Below, in pieces: positions 1-13,000 of a stretch of 64,000 nucleotides of DNA. The notes beneath the pieces were generated by a model. That model had not been told where the DNA came from and did not search any database. It worked only from the letters and a program-made list of their open reading frames with translations. Each line of letters begins with the position of its first letter. Position 1 is the stretch's first letter. Origin of the DNA: Zygnema circumcarinatum SAG 698-1b (Eukaryota > Plantae > Zygnematophyceae); NCBI GenBank assembly GCA_037447605.1, contig CM074809.1, positions 4,144,689-4,208,688 of the forward strand, given 5' to 3'. Position numbers and translations under genes: made by a program.

Positions 1-894
1 CAATGGAACAGTACTTTTCTTTGTCAGATAATGTGGGCGGCAGAGAAAGGAAAAGAGAGAAAAGAGGGGAGGTGGGTAGGGGGGGGGAAGAAGTTCATAC
101 CTCGCCGTCTACCTTCCAGTTTAGCTTCACAATCGAGACAAGACATAGAATCTTGCAGGTGGTAATTAAAGTTGTTAGTGTACATGCCACCACGTGGGCT
201 TGTAGTTGGGGTTTGTCCCTTATCGATGGTCCGTGTCCGCAGTAGTCAGCACAATTGAACGTTGGTTAGCGATTTATCGTAACAAAGACATCGTGGAGCT
301 GGTTATTGAGTTCTGGTGCTTCACAGGAGGCTTGATGCTGTGCAGTTTCTAGTGAAGGAAATGGGGTTTGAAAATCTTTAAGTGCTAGTTGAGAGTGGAG
401 TAATAGGAGCGCCGTTTAAAATCTTACAGCATAAAAGTTTTTCAATCGGGCAGAATCGATGGAGGTAACGACATTATTCTTGTTTTTTTGGGTTTTAAAA
501 TGTCCTTTTGGGTACTCCCCGGTCGCGTTCTATGTTAAAAAAACCCTTTCGTGCATTACCCTTGGTCATGCTATTTATCAGCACCTCAGCAGATCTCCCG
601 TGCGTTACTTTTCCAGTGAGGTATCGAGGTTGTGGAAAGTTGGCACCATGCTTGAGCTACTACACCCTCTCCCTAACTACTTATCTTTATTCAATGAAGG
701 CCGCAACCTCCTTAATAGCAAATACATGCAAGTGGCAGACTTACATGCGACCGAGCTGCTGTCGTCACGTGGAAAATCTGTAGTGCGCTTGCCTTCCATA
801 GTCCTTCCATCGCCAGATGTTCTGAAACATGTGTTGCCCATCGACGTCTTTGCCACGAACTTTTTGCTGAACTGATTGTCGGGTCGAGCTGCAG

Positions 895-3800
895 ATTTGC
901 ATCACCACCACCACAGCAGCAGGGCTGCAGCAAGTTCTTCCTTGGCTCTTTTATCACAAGTCGCTTGGAGTGAGCACGTTCCTACTGTTTGTGGAAGGCA
1001 AAGCTGCGTCGCCCAACAGCACTTCCGTGCTTGAGGCTATTCCGGTATTTTCGCTAAGTTTTGTTGAGTTCTCGCTGTTCAATGCTATGCGCATGAGTTG
1101 AGTAAATTCGAGGCTTCCAGGGTGGGAACCAAACTTCGAGTTAGGTGAATGGAATCTTGAAGTGAATGTGGTTGAATGCCCTTCATTCAACTTCAACTGT
1201 GTGTCTTCATTCCAAGTTGATGTGCTTCCGTTGTGAAAATCGGTCTTTCTTCGCTGCTTTCACATTGTGAATCTCGGCTAAATCACTGCAAAATCCCAAG
1301 GTCATGAAGCTGGCTTGCTTGCTTACGCGCCATTGAACAACTTTTTGGTGGTTAGGGTGTCAGGATCATTTTCCGCACCAAGTTGCTCGACGAGAGGCAA
1401 GCGAGAAGGTGAGGGCAAGAGGTCCTCCTCACAGCAGCTGCGGTGAGCATTCAGTTTTTCGCAAAGTGTTGAAGGCCTTGTGCAGGTGAAGCTCCTTTAT
1501 CCGGAGACTCGTCCTTTGCCTATTTATGTTTCATCTTGCGTCCGTTGCAAGCTGGGGTGCAGCCGCATCTGGAATGAGACTTGGCTTTCCTCCTTCTTCT
1601 ATCGCCCGTGCAACTACGAGCTCTTTGTGAGGCAGTCTCTGAACATGGAGATGGCCATAAGGATGGCGCGGGTGAGTTCCCATGGGCCGTTTTGTGTAGG
1701 AGGGCAGAGGAGGCTTATGCTTATGCGTGTACTATACATGCTTGCGCTAATGATGCCTATTGCGCACTAGTTTCGTTTTAAGGTTTAGGTTTAACCTGAT
1801 GCTCCTCCTCCTTGTCACTTGAATGCGGAATGAAACAATCAAAAAATGAACCTGAATCTGTAAGCTCTGCACAGCGAATACAACGACAATTAGACGCATC
1901 ATTCTCAAATGCCTTTACTGACCGATGGTGAAAGGAACGGAAAACCCGAGTCATTTAGCATCGCAGACAGCAGCAGAAAGGAATAGCATCATCACCACCA
2001 GTAGAAGGATGAAGAATGGGGGGGAAGGGTGCAGGCGGAGGGCGCGCAGTGGATCGCGCACATCGACACGGACGAGCTGCTGTACCCGGGGGGGGGCGCG
2101 GAGTACTCGCTGCAGCGTCTCCTGAAGGACGTGCCGGAGGACGTCGACTCCGTCGTCTTCCCGAACTACGTACACACCCCTCCCCTCCCCTCCCGCCCTG
2201 CATTGGGATATGTGGGGCTAGGCGCGCAGCCTGGTCGACTCAGCTTGGCTGCGTTTCGAATAGGGAAAGGTCCGCAAATAGATCGCATGATCGTATGATG
2301 CTGGATGGATTGAATTGCATTTAGTTTTGTTGAATGCATGTTTGGAACGGTTTCGGAAAGGTTGCACCGATCGCTTCACTGTGTTCGATGGGTGATTCGG
2401 CGTATTGAAGGAATCGGACACCCCTGGTTTGGGGGTTATGGCTGCAGGAGACTGCTATTGAGCGTGACGACATCACAGATCCATTCACTGAGGTGAGCAG
2501 CGGAAGGAGGCTGAGACAGGAGGGACATAATAAGGGCAGGATCTGGAAAGAAAAATGAATAACTTTCCTGTTGGATGGACAGCATTGCTTGAGGATGCCC
2601 TGCATTCCTGCGCATGGAAGTTGATTGACGAAGTATGTTAACAAAAAGCATGCTAATGTGCTGCCTTGCGACTGGCAGGTGACCATGTTCAAGAAGAACT
2701 TCGACCACGTTGCCAAGGAAGTCTACTTTGGGCATTATCGCGAGGTGCATTTCTATTCCAACGGCTGGCATGCATTCGCAGTTTCCAAGCATGCATACCT
2801 TCTTGATTAGAGCAGGCTATTGGAATAACTGAGACCAAATACGAACATTCGTTTGGAACCATCCCTTCTTGTGAGCCGCCCTGACATGGCACGTTGTTGT
2901 GTGGGCAGGCATCTCGAGGAAACCCCAACTACTTTTTGACATATGGCAACGGCAAGTCCGCGGCGAGGATGACGGACTACCTCCGGCCCAACGGGGCGCA
3001 TCGGTGGAACAACTACGCTAAAACGCCCAAGTGAGTGGGGGACCACTCTCATCTCTTCACTCTTTGTGCCCTTCGCCTTCCGTCCTCCGCGTGTGCGGGC
3101 AATGCAAGTAGCGAGTACACTTCCGTCAATTCCGTTCATCGTTGTTTGGAATGAATTCTTTTGAGGAGCCGGCAAAGATTTGCCAAGCTTGATGAAGATA
3201 TGTCATGCACATCTTCTTTTCGTTGAATCTGGAGGTCGGCCCGCCGTAGGTCAGGGCAGGCCATGCCTCGGTCGGCAGTTTTTCCTGTCGCACGTGTGTG
3301 AGAGAGGGAGGGAGGGAGGGAGGGCGGCAGAGAGCAGCAATTGGCGGAGGCGGCGGTGCTGCACTACACGTACGCGAAGTTCTCGGATCTGACGTCACGC
3401 CGCGACCGCTGCGGGTGTCTGCCGAACAAGGATGACGTCAAGCGCTGCTTCATGCTTGAATTCGACCGCGAGGTGAGGGACCCTCTCTGCCCCGCCACGT
3501 GGCAGGGGGACACAGGCCCGCCGCGGGATGGATGGATGGATGAATGGATGGGTGGATGGATGGATGGGTGGGTTCTGGCAGCATGCGGGATGTGAGGATG
3601 ATGATGATGGAGGGTAGCATTGTTGGTTCATCGGTCGGTTCTAACAAACGAGGAGATCCTCTTGCAGGCGTTCATCATTGCATCCACACTCACGGAGGAA
3701 GGAATGCTCAAATGGTGGGTAATAGTCAGTCCCCTGTGGACACTTTGGGTTTGAGGATGTGAGCATGCTCATGGGTGTGCTGCATGGATCTGTCCGCGTT

Positions 3801-4891
3801 TCAGCCCAAAATCAGTGGTGCGATTCCGAGAGCTGTGTGCGTACATTACAAAGAGTTCCCGATGAGAGCATGTCCCCAGGTTTTATCAAAGTCTCAATCC
3901 TCATCACTGTAACTCATAGGTTGCAAAACCGAAACTTGTTGAAACTTAATGCCACACGATGGAGGGGGAGGGGGTATGCAGGTATCGGGAGCACGTGGTT
4001 TGGACAGACCCGGAGGTCAACCAAAAGCTGTTAAAGAAGGGTCTGTTTGGACGCATCTACACGCCCCAGGTACCGCTTCCACTTCGATGCAGTATTTCCC
4101 GTTGAGATTCAATAGCCCACTTGAGGCTCTGTCATCAGAGCCAAGTGCGCGGTGATGTGTATGCTCTACGTGTTTTGCATAACTGATGATAGTGAAACAT
4201 CGGCAGCTTCGCCTTTTCAGTATGTGTGAAGGTTGTTTCTGTGTCTTAGGATATTGAAGTGGGGGCCTGCGGGGAGCAGGTGGTGGTCCGCGGGGTGCTC
4301 GCTTCCGGCCTCATTGAGGAGGCCATGGCTCGCGGGGCGGAGATGCGGAAGGCGGCGAAGGCGGCCCGTCTTGCGGTTGACCAAATTCTGACGCCTGGGG
4401 GCGGTTCTGGAAGCAAGGGGTCGGCGCTGAAGAGGACACGAATGGCGGAGTTTCTTAACCGGCAAAGGGACTCGTTAGCAGCCGGATCGACCGATAAAGA
4501 ACAGTCTGAATCCTCACGTGGTTCTGGTCTTAAAAGGATGTCAGCGAGAGCAAACGAGACCGATGCCGTTGCTAGAGGTGGAACTGAAACTGGAACTAAA
4601 CTTGAAACTGGAACAGGTGCCATGGCTGGATCAAAAAGTGGATCCAGATCTGACGATGGCGATGTGATTGCGCATGATGGTGTGGTAACGGCCCAAGGGC
4701 TGCAAGACTCGGCGGAGCGTGATAGGGAACCCGGCAAGGTCCGCAGCGACATCCTCCAGCTGCTGGGGGGGGTCAAAGGGGAGAGTTCCGTTGCGCGAGA
4801 AGGCCGCAGGAGGCTGCTTTCCTTTCAAGATGTGGCGATGCCTCCCATGGCGGCGCCGGGGCTAGAGGACGCACTCAATTGGATGGACTAG
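895..4891 (+). CDS. KOB1: Glycosyltransferase-like KOBITO1/ELD1/ABI8 homolog, 5'-truncated (earlier exons probably upstream of the window)
   Basis: Phase-consistent GT-AG exons 895-1044, 1356-1408, 1563-1671, 2035-2169, 2448-2492, 2679-2744, 2909-3030, 3331-3472, 3668-3714, 3982-4069, 4280-4891. They translate to [96 protein letters not shown], closely matching Arabidopsis KOB1 as I recall it, including the DxD-type DTDE motif. Confidence 0.93.
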
Positions 4892-5466
4892 CAGGCCGCG
4901 TCGTGTACCATAACAACGGTTCCTCTGGGTATTGCTCAATTAGATTGTCAAAGTGAGTGTACATGTATGGAAATTGTTCATATGTTTTCATAGTGGCGTT
5001 CACAAGGGAACGAGCTTGTTTTGGCTGGTGTCTTTCCATGTTGACGTCTCCATCCAACGAGACGGGTCGATCGATCCGTCTCGATCTTTGATGGTCCTGC
5101 CATGAAAGTATTTTAATATAACCGTCTCTTGGTCATCGGAAGGACAGTGGTGTTACAGAGAGTGAATGTTGTGGCTATGCACTTTTCTTCTGGTGGAAGT
5201 AGAGTTCATTCCAAAACCCAAACTTGAATGACAAGCGGTCCTTTTCGCATACACATTGTCGATGCTGATTTCACACTCGTCTCGTCTCAACATGCACGGC
5301 GTGGCAAAGAGAGGGGTAGGGAGATGATGAAAGGGAGGGAGTATTGATGGAGATTTTCAGAGGTGGGCTCTCCCGACAGACACACAGCCGACAACGCCAC
5401 AAATAGATCACAACGAGCTTCTAATCAGATAATGAAAAAAAAAAACAATGAGAGGGGCCCTAACAG

Positions 5467-7432
5467 TCAAACGATTGGAATCTGAAGCTGCAGAAGTGCC
5501 TTCACGGGTCCTCCGAGCTTTGCCGAAACCTTCACTTTGTACAAATGCTTGGGCGCAAACTGGCACTTCCAGTCGAGTCGGACGCTCGTGCTGTCGGGCG
5601 CTTCGTGGCTGCACCCCCTCCCTCCCTCTCCCCCTCTTCCCTCAGAACCAACCGTGGCCGCCCGCCACTCCTTCCCTCTGCAGTCCGCAGCGGGCGGCGA
5701 GGGAGGGAGGGAGGGATTGGGCCTCTCTCACCTGACAGCGCAGGACCACTTCCTTCGCGGATGCGAGCTGGAGGCAGCCACGGAGAGGGACCATTTGTCG
5801 ACGGGCAGACACCCGAGCTTCACCTCCACGTCGTGATCTGCCGTCAGCACCTTTCGAGCCTCCACCCTGAACCATCCTCACAGAAGACGACAGATCATCG
5901 CAGTTGCTGGAGAAATCCAAGTGGGCTGTTTCCGCATTGCATTGGAAAACCTGAAAAGCAAAAAAGTCACTCATGTCAATTCGTACTCCGAGTGGTTGGT
6001 CTGAGCGGCTTCAAGTTTGTTCTTTCGTCTTACCCAAACCGCTGAAGTTGGAGGAAATCTGACGCAAGAGAGGCTCCCAGGAGTTTTTTGTCTCCTCTCT
6101 TATGCTCCGCCTTCACCTTCACTCCCTGCTTTCCTTTAAGGTCACTTAAAAAACTGCATACCACACGAAAGGCTGCCAAGGTCAGCGTTGTCCTTCGATT
6201 CTTGTAGAAAAGCAACTGGAAAGTGGAAGAACTCGGAAAAACAAAAAACCAGTGGAAACTCCCCCGGAGATGATTAGAGGCCTCTCCAACAAAATGCTGC
6301 GATGGAGTTTTTACCTGGGCGAGAGCGTGCAAAGTCCAAAGAGAGGAGCGGAGGCTTCCACAAGCAGAGAGTTGTTCCCTCTGCCCTAACCAGCACACCA
6401 TAAAACAGTTGAATAAACTGACGCTGGGAAGAAGGAAGTGCTTGTTTGAAGCTAAAGGGCCACTTTTGTTACGCCCTTCAGGCATTCACCATACGAACAT
6501 TCCAACGCAACAGCACACCTGAAATCCGATGTGAGAGTGTGGGCGAGCTCTGCTCCGCCGCTCAGCGCGGTACGCCGCCCATGCAACTTCATGCTGGAGG
6601 TCCCCGCTTGAAGGTTCCTCGTAAAACTTTTCGAAAGCTACCCAGCCCCAAAAACCCAAATCAGAGTCACCTTCTACTTCTGAAAAGCAGTTTAGTCGAC
6701 AAAACCATCACATCCCTCTGGCGAACGATTGCCATATCATCATCATCATCATCGTCATCATCATCCTCCTACAACAAACTGGCAGAACTTTGTGTGGATA
6801 TGAACATAGAAGAGAAGATAGCTCTCTCGCACATGAGTCATCTGGCTTGACAAAAGAGCTTGCTCATATCGACAACACGAAGGAGAAATGTGAGTGCTGA
6901 AGGCACCTTCCACGAAGGAAGATCCGACTTCAGTTCCACCTCGACCGTCGGGTCCTCCATGCTTCCCACTTGAAGACTGCAAATCGCCAATAAACACCAC
7001 CCCAGCCCCTCCCCATACGTCAGAAACGTAGTCTTCTGCAGTCAACCTCTCCACCTCACAAGCAATCAGGCAACAGTACCAAAACAGACTCTTTCCTAAC
7101 GCCTTGGCAGGCCGGAGCACACACCTCGTCTGCAAGGCCCTTTCTGCGGTGAGTTTGTGAGTGGTTTGCAAGTTGAAAGTGTCCACTGCCACCCGCCAAC
7201 CCACGCCTTAGCAACAGGGAAGCAGCCGGCTTCACATGCACTAACAGTTCCCAGGGACTTCAAATAACGCACACCCACGCGACAAGCCCAAGGCACCTTC
7301 TTACATTTCTTTTACCATACTGACCCGCCCGCCCGCACAGCGCGTGCATGCCCTGCCCTTCTTGCGAAACGCAACATCATCATCATCATCGGCAAGTCGC
7401 GCAAGCAGGCCATGGCCATGGCTGGCTCACTG

Positions 7433-7470
<38 letters not shown>

Positions 7471-8776
7471 AGGTCACTGACTCCCTTTCAAGTCGTTGGT
7501 GTACGCGGAGGAGACGGAGTGCCTCTGTGCGCGGTCGACCTCGTGAGTGCTCGCCACGCTCAGCGTCCGCTCGTCCTCCCACGCAGCACGCTCGAGCGAG
7601 GTCGACACTGCGCAAACCTCCTTCCTTCGTTGGTGCGAGCAATTCAAGAAAAAGGAGCCTCTCCGTAGACATCTTTTCTCACAGTTGGCATATTTACGTA
7701 AGCACTTTTAAGTTTGGGTCTATGCCCATGCATTTTTTATGCATTTTGAAAGGAAATTGTCTTTAAACTTTGTTCCCCGTTTCGCCGCAGGAAGGGCACC
7801 TGAATGGCGGCCCTTGTCGCAGGTCGCCTCCCACAGCTCGCCGGGCCCAATGTCGCTCACGGCTCTCTCGTCCTCCGCCGCTTTCTGCAGAAGCACAAGA
7901 AGGAGAAGAAGAAGAAGAGATCATGAGGGCTTCACTCTCTTTGAAAAAACCTCAAACAAAAAATATGGTAACTTGAAACTTTCAACGACCCCGGGTAGGA
8001 GTCGAACGGCATTAATGAACACATAACCAACGTAATATAGTTTAGACATATACATAGAACATAAAATGCGATGAAGAAATTTCTGAGCCATGTTGCCAGA
8101 AATTTTCTTCAAAAATTCGCGCTCTGGCTATTGACAGCTACGGCTTGAGCATCGGTCAATTACGGCTGCGGATGAGACTCTGGAGGGCAGGCGTTAACAA
8201 AATCCAGATAAGGCTAAACTAGCAGGGCTATGGCTGCGCAGAATTCAGGACCATAAACCTTCACAGGAAGCAAGAGTGAGCTGCACAACTGCGGAGTGTG
8301 GCCGACAATGCAGGCCATGCGGGTATGCGCGCTGAGGGGTGCTTCGCCGCATAGAACTCATTCTTAAAAAAACCCGAGGGCACGTGCAACAGCTTCAGTT
8401 TTTTGGGAGTTTCAAACCTTGCACTAGCGGGTACGGACTGAGCTCACATCCGCCCTTTGCGCGCTATAAATGTCAGATAATATTAAAAATTAAAGAATGC
8501 GCAAGATGGTGTACCGACCTGCACGAGGAAAAGCCCTCCTGTCGGCAGCCATGGCCGGTCGCTGCAGCCCCGGAGGCCGAGCTCCCCCCAGAAGCCCCAC
8601 TCGAGGCGGCCCGACGTGGACGCGGTGGCTATGGCGGGCACGGGGGGGAAGGAGGCGGCCGCCGGCGAGAGCGGCTCCCCCCACGGCAGCCGCCGGCGGC
8701 CCCCCCCCATGGCCATGGCCACGGCCAAGACGCGCCTTCCCCTGCCCTCCCCCTCTGCGGGCAGCAGGCGCTCCAT
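5467..8776 (-). CDS. Uncharacterised multi-exon protein rich in amphipathic beta-strands (possible beta-barrel channel)
   Basis: Phase-consistent exons 8776-8519, 7884-7800, 7607-7482, 7185-7125, 6976-6907, then two less certain exons near 6300-6600, then 6215-6034, 5866-5732, 5608-5467. It ends ..KVKVSAKLGGPVKALLQLQIPIV*. An internal repeat (SAYTNDLKGMDTFNLQTTHKL vs SFLSDLKGKQGVKVKAEHKRG) supports the frame. Confidence 0.6.
7434..7469. repeat. (GA)n microsatellite in an intron
   Basis: Uninterrupted gagaga run. Confidence 0.95.
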
Positions 8777-9272
8777 GCTCCGAGCCGCGGACCCGCTCCG
8801 TTCGCAGTTCCGAGTCGTCGCATGGAGCGTTTTGCCCGTGCGATGGGCGGCTGCCGCGGCCGCGCGTGCGGAGGGGATGCGGGGTGGACTCCCACGTCAG
8901 CCCTAGCGCTGAGCGCGCCCTGTGCCTGGCGCCACGTGTCCGCGCGATCCCGCCGGCGCAGATCCGCCGTTCGTTGGGGGGGGGCGCCCTCCCTCCCTCG
9001 CGTACGGATGGACGGACCCGATGATCCGATCGGGGCCGCGCAGTGCATGGAAGGCTTGGAAGCACCCGCCGGACGGGGCCGGCCCAGGGCGGGCACGGAC
9101 CAAGCGCTGCGGCCGGACGGGCCGGGACGGGACGGCCGGAGGGAGGGCCGAATGGAAATTAGGTCCACGAGCTGTGAAGATTATTTTAAAATCGGAATTC
9201 TATAACGTATAAAACCCAAATTATTGTAAATTGGTACGGAGAAATGTACGGTAAGTACGGACGACTACACCT

Positions 9273-9559
9273 CCCCTAATATTTTCGCCATGGTTTCGGT
9301 CGATATTTCGCCATGGTTTCGGCCGATATTAGGGGGAGTCAGACCTTGACCATCGCTTACGAAATTTCCGAATTCCTTATACTAAAAGTCGCTTCTTTCG
9401 TATACGAATCCGAGTCGGGATCCGCGGCTCCGCCGAGCCCAACCGTACCGAAATGCGTACCTAGCCAATGCTAAAGTCGCCAGGCTTACGAAATTGACTT
9501 GGCGATGGTCAAGGTCTGACTCCCCCTATTAGCCGAAACCATGGCGAAAATATTAGGGG
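9273..9559. mobile_element. Nested MITE/foldback: a 195-bp inner MITE (9332-9526) inside an outer inverted-repeat element
   Basis: Inner perfect 25-bp TIRs GGGGGAGTCAGACCTTGACCATCGC (9332-9356 and 9502-9526), flanked by TA on both sides. Outer perfect 27-bp IRs CCCCTAATATTTTCGCCATGGTTTCGG (9273-9299 and 9533-9559). Confidence 0.85.
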
Positions 9560-9789
9560 GGGCCTACTGTAGTGAGTTTGAAAGTTACGGTATTGATGGT
9601 ACATGTCCAGGGCGCTACAATTAAGGGAATTCACTTAAAAAAAATAGCTATTAAGCGAATTTGAGATTTTTCAGAGGGATTAGAGGGATTTGAGGGGATG
9701 TGTTACAAAACGCCTCAAAAACACCCAAACAAATGACGATCCCATAGTTATCATGCCGTACTCTCCCTTACCCTAACTTTGACTAGCCT

Positions 9790-10054
9790 GCCTGCCCTCA
9801 CCCTTTCTGCCCTCGGCCCCACATTTTGAAACCGGATGCTGCAGACTGAGATGCTGCACATATTTGTCCGCTCGAAAACAGTCAAAGTATTTCACAGGAC
9901 ATGTTGATTTCATCTTGCCGCCAACCTTTTGTTCTCGCCCAAAAAATATGTAGAAGCGACACACACAAGCGACACCAAGCCTGTTGTCGGGTCCCGGGCA
10001 GTGAGTGACCTTGAGACTGAATTGGTGTTCATTTGAGACTGAATTGGTGTTCAT
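9790..10054 (-). pseudogene. Probable degenerate N-terminal fragment of a hAT-like DNA transposase (Zn-finger region)
   Basis: CVCRFYIFFGREQKVGGKMKSTCPVKYFDCFRADKYVQHLSLQHP resembles, from memory, the CRFC..FGRE..VG.KRK..FR.D.Y..H...QHP motif of hAT-like transposases. No downstream DDE domain is visible. Confidence 0.35.
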
Positions 10055-10076
10055 TTGAGACTGAATTGGTGTTCAT
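10011..10076. repeat. Perfect 22-bp tandem repeat, three copies
   Basis: TTGAGACTGAATTGGTGTTCAT at 10011, 10033 and 10055. Confidence 0.97.
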
Positions 10077-13000
10077 GCTCTCGCTGGAACTTCGCAACTT
10101 CGTGCTTTTCACCTTTGGTTGCATTTCATGCTCCAAACTTGCAGCACCTGCCACGACGGTGACATCTGCAGATTGAAGAGAGAGAGACAGAAGAAAACGG
10201 GAGGTAGAGGGAGAAGGAGGAAAAATGGCATTTAACACATAGAAAACGTCAGCATTGCTGAGATATCAGCCGCGATCGTACTTCTCGTGACAGTGATCAT
10301 CTATGTTGTGTACGATTATGTCATTTCCGACAATCCTTTACCCTTCCCTTGAAAAAAAGCAAAAGCCCATCAAGTATCTATTTACGGGATCCATCCACGA
10401 ATTAACTTAAACGGAGGGGCATTTTTATGCCGCTAGTCGGTGACATGACGTCGCTTGATGTGACATGACATCATCCCCAAAGTGTCATTAGCTTAGATTT
10501 TAAATCCTCGCCTTGATTTTAAATGGACCCTCATTTTATAAAGCGTTATAACGAATAAAGAGGATGTGGCATTGATCTCACGCTGGCGATGATGCCATCA
10601 AATGTACATGGACAAAATCATCATCGGGAACCACGATGAACTGGACGCAAAGGACCTGACAAAAGTAAAAAGCGAGGAGCGGAAAACTACGCCTTGGCGC
10701 AACAACGCAACCCTCCCTCGAAGCAGCCGCGAAGGTCGCCGATCGATGTGCGCCACATCACATCACATCACATCGCGCGGAGGGAGGGAGGGAGGGAGGG
10801 GAGGCAGGGAGCGGTGAAAGGCCAGCAACCATAAAATAGTCGTACTGCCATCCCTAGACGGACACGCGAGGGACAACATGCGGCTGCGACCCTGCGGCCC
10901 TCGGCCGAGCCGGCTGCTCCGCACGGCGGCCTGTCCACATGACAACCTGCATGCATGTGGACGGTGCATGCATGTAGCCGGTGCATGCATGTTGACGGGT
11001 GTGGACGGATGCATGCTTGGGGTCCGGAGTCTTATCTGCAACGCGACGACGTGGCGCCAGGGGGAGGGACATCGAACAGCGCTGACGTGGCGCCGCATAG
11101 AGGCCCGGGGACCCGCATAGAGGCCCGGGCCCTGCCGAGCCGCGCCCGAGCCTGCCCGCCGCCCTCATCCCGCTGCCCGACCTGGCGCGAAAGTGCCAAC
11201 GGCCGGCGGATGTCGGCGCCTCGCGGACGCATCTGCCTCGTCGGCGACCCGGTTCAATGAACCGGCGGAACAGGGTTCCTGCGTGGCGCCGGCCAGTGCA
11301 GCCCCCCTGGCCGCGCCTTTTCTGTCAGACATTTGGGCAGCCAGCTGGCCTGTCGGTGCCGTACGGATGGATGACGGGACCGCCGCAATCTCGCCAACCG
11401 TTTTCGGTTTCAGACGAAGGCTGGGCCGTACATGTATTCGTACTAAATTGTACGGTCGGGTATGCAGGTGTAAGTGCATGTACGGCCGCGCATGCAGGCG
11501 GTACGGCCCGCACGCTTCAGAGAGGCTACGCGGGTTGTCGCGGTCACGCGCGGGCCGGGCCGCGTCGTGGGAAGTTGGGCCAAGCCAAGCCATGGCGGCA
11601 AGGCGAGGCGCGCTCGTGAGGGAAGGGGGGAGGGAGGGAGGGCCGCCTCACCCTGCCATGCCCTTACACAAGCGTCCCTCCCTCCTCGTGGCTGCCGCCC
11701 ATCGCAAGTGGCATACATCACACGGACTTGTAACTCATACCAGAGTCGGGGAAACTCATATCATAACTCATATCCGTTTCTTAGGTCACAACTTGTGACG
11801 TAGGTTTACGCGGCATGCTTTCGTTGTAAAATTAGTCAATTTAGTATTATTATTATTTTTTTAGATTTACGATTCAATGTCCTCGAGTTGGCCAATGGCG
11901 CGCTTCCCCAGTGTTTGTGACAAAGAGATTGCCTCGACCGCTGCAGCATGGCCTCGCTTCGTTGGGAAGCTTGCAACGGACAAAAGGTCTCAAGGTGTAC
12001 GCATTTCGCAGATGGACATGTGACAGCCACCGCGCTTTGTGCCCGCCATGCAGCGCTTCTGTGCACTATGCGCATGCATATGCATGCATGGCTGTCCCCC
12101 TTCGATCCATGCAGTCCGTTCGGCTTGTTGCATGCGTGCAACATCTCGCAGCCCCACGGCGCCATGGCTGACTCGCAGGCCTTCCCAGCCCCCCCCCCCC
12201 CCCTGCTGCCTCGTGCCGCTGCTCGCAGAGCCTCCCCGCCTCCATGCCCTACCGCACTGCGCCGTCGATCGCTGACGACACTTCGATGTGGCATGACGTC
12301 ACGTCGCCCGCGAACCGCGAGGATGGACGGTTTGCGGTTTCCATTTCAGGCTTTGCCCGCACCGACCGCCATGCGCACACCAAAGTTTTTTATGCACGGG
12401 CGAGCGGGCGAATCGGTGTCGTCTTGACCCACGTGGCAGCCTTCCATTAGCAGAGGCTCCTCCCTCGCCGTCCGTCCGTGCGCACACGTCATCCGACAAA
12501 CCCGAGTTGGCGCCCGCAAACCCACCGCGCTGGCCGCCCGACCCGCCCGTCCCGCCAAGAGAGAGAGAGGGAGAGAGAGAGAGCGAAGCCGAGTGAGGCG
12601 GGCTGAGCCAGTGCGTTTATTGCGGCGCAGCCCGGCACGTGCCGCGGGCAGGCCGTACACTCCCAAAACCTTTCCACGGGCAGCCCGGAATCTTCCCCCC
12701 GCTGGGGCCCAACTCGCGAAAACGACAAATGACAAGCCGCTGCCGCCCAAGCGTGTTCGTACGTTTTCGTACGTGGCAGCATGCCACGTCGGCCTGCCGC
12801 CCGGCAGAGCCTCCATCCGAGCCTGCGGCTCGGCCCGAGGTCCGGCAGCGGCTCGGGCGGGGCCGGACAGGGCGGGGGGGCGGGCCCTGAAAGCGGGCGG
12901 GCGGGCGCATACGCTTTCGCCGTTGCCTAGCGCGCTCCCTCGCTTCCTCACCGCCCTCGCGTGCCCGCGTGCGGGCCTCGCGGCGCTGCTGCTTGGAGTG

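Noticed and set aside
3-875. ORFs of 80-138 aa at the window start
   Set aside because: No recognisable motif or splice linkage; probably intron upstream of the first visible KOB1 exon.
8339-9212. Several long overlapping GC-rich ORFs (e.g. 288 aa)
   Set aside because: Stop-poor GC-rich promoter/exon-1 sequence giving R/P/A/G-rich peptides in all frames.
10011-10076. Tandem repeat as a CRISPR array
   Set aside because: No spacers, eukaryotic context, no cas genes.
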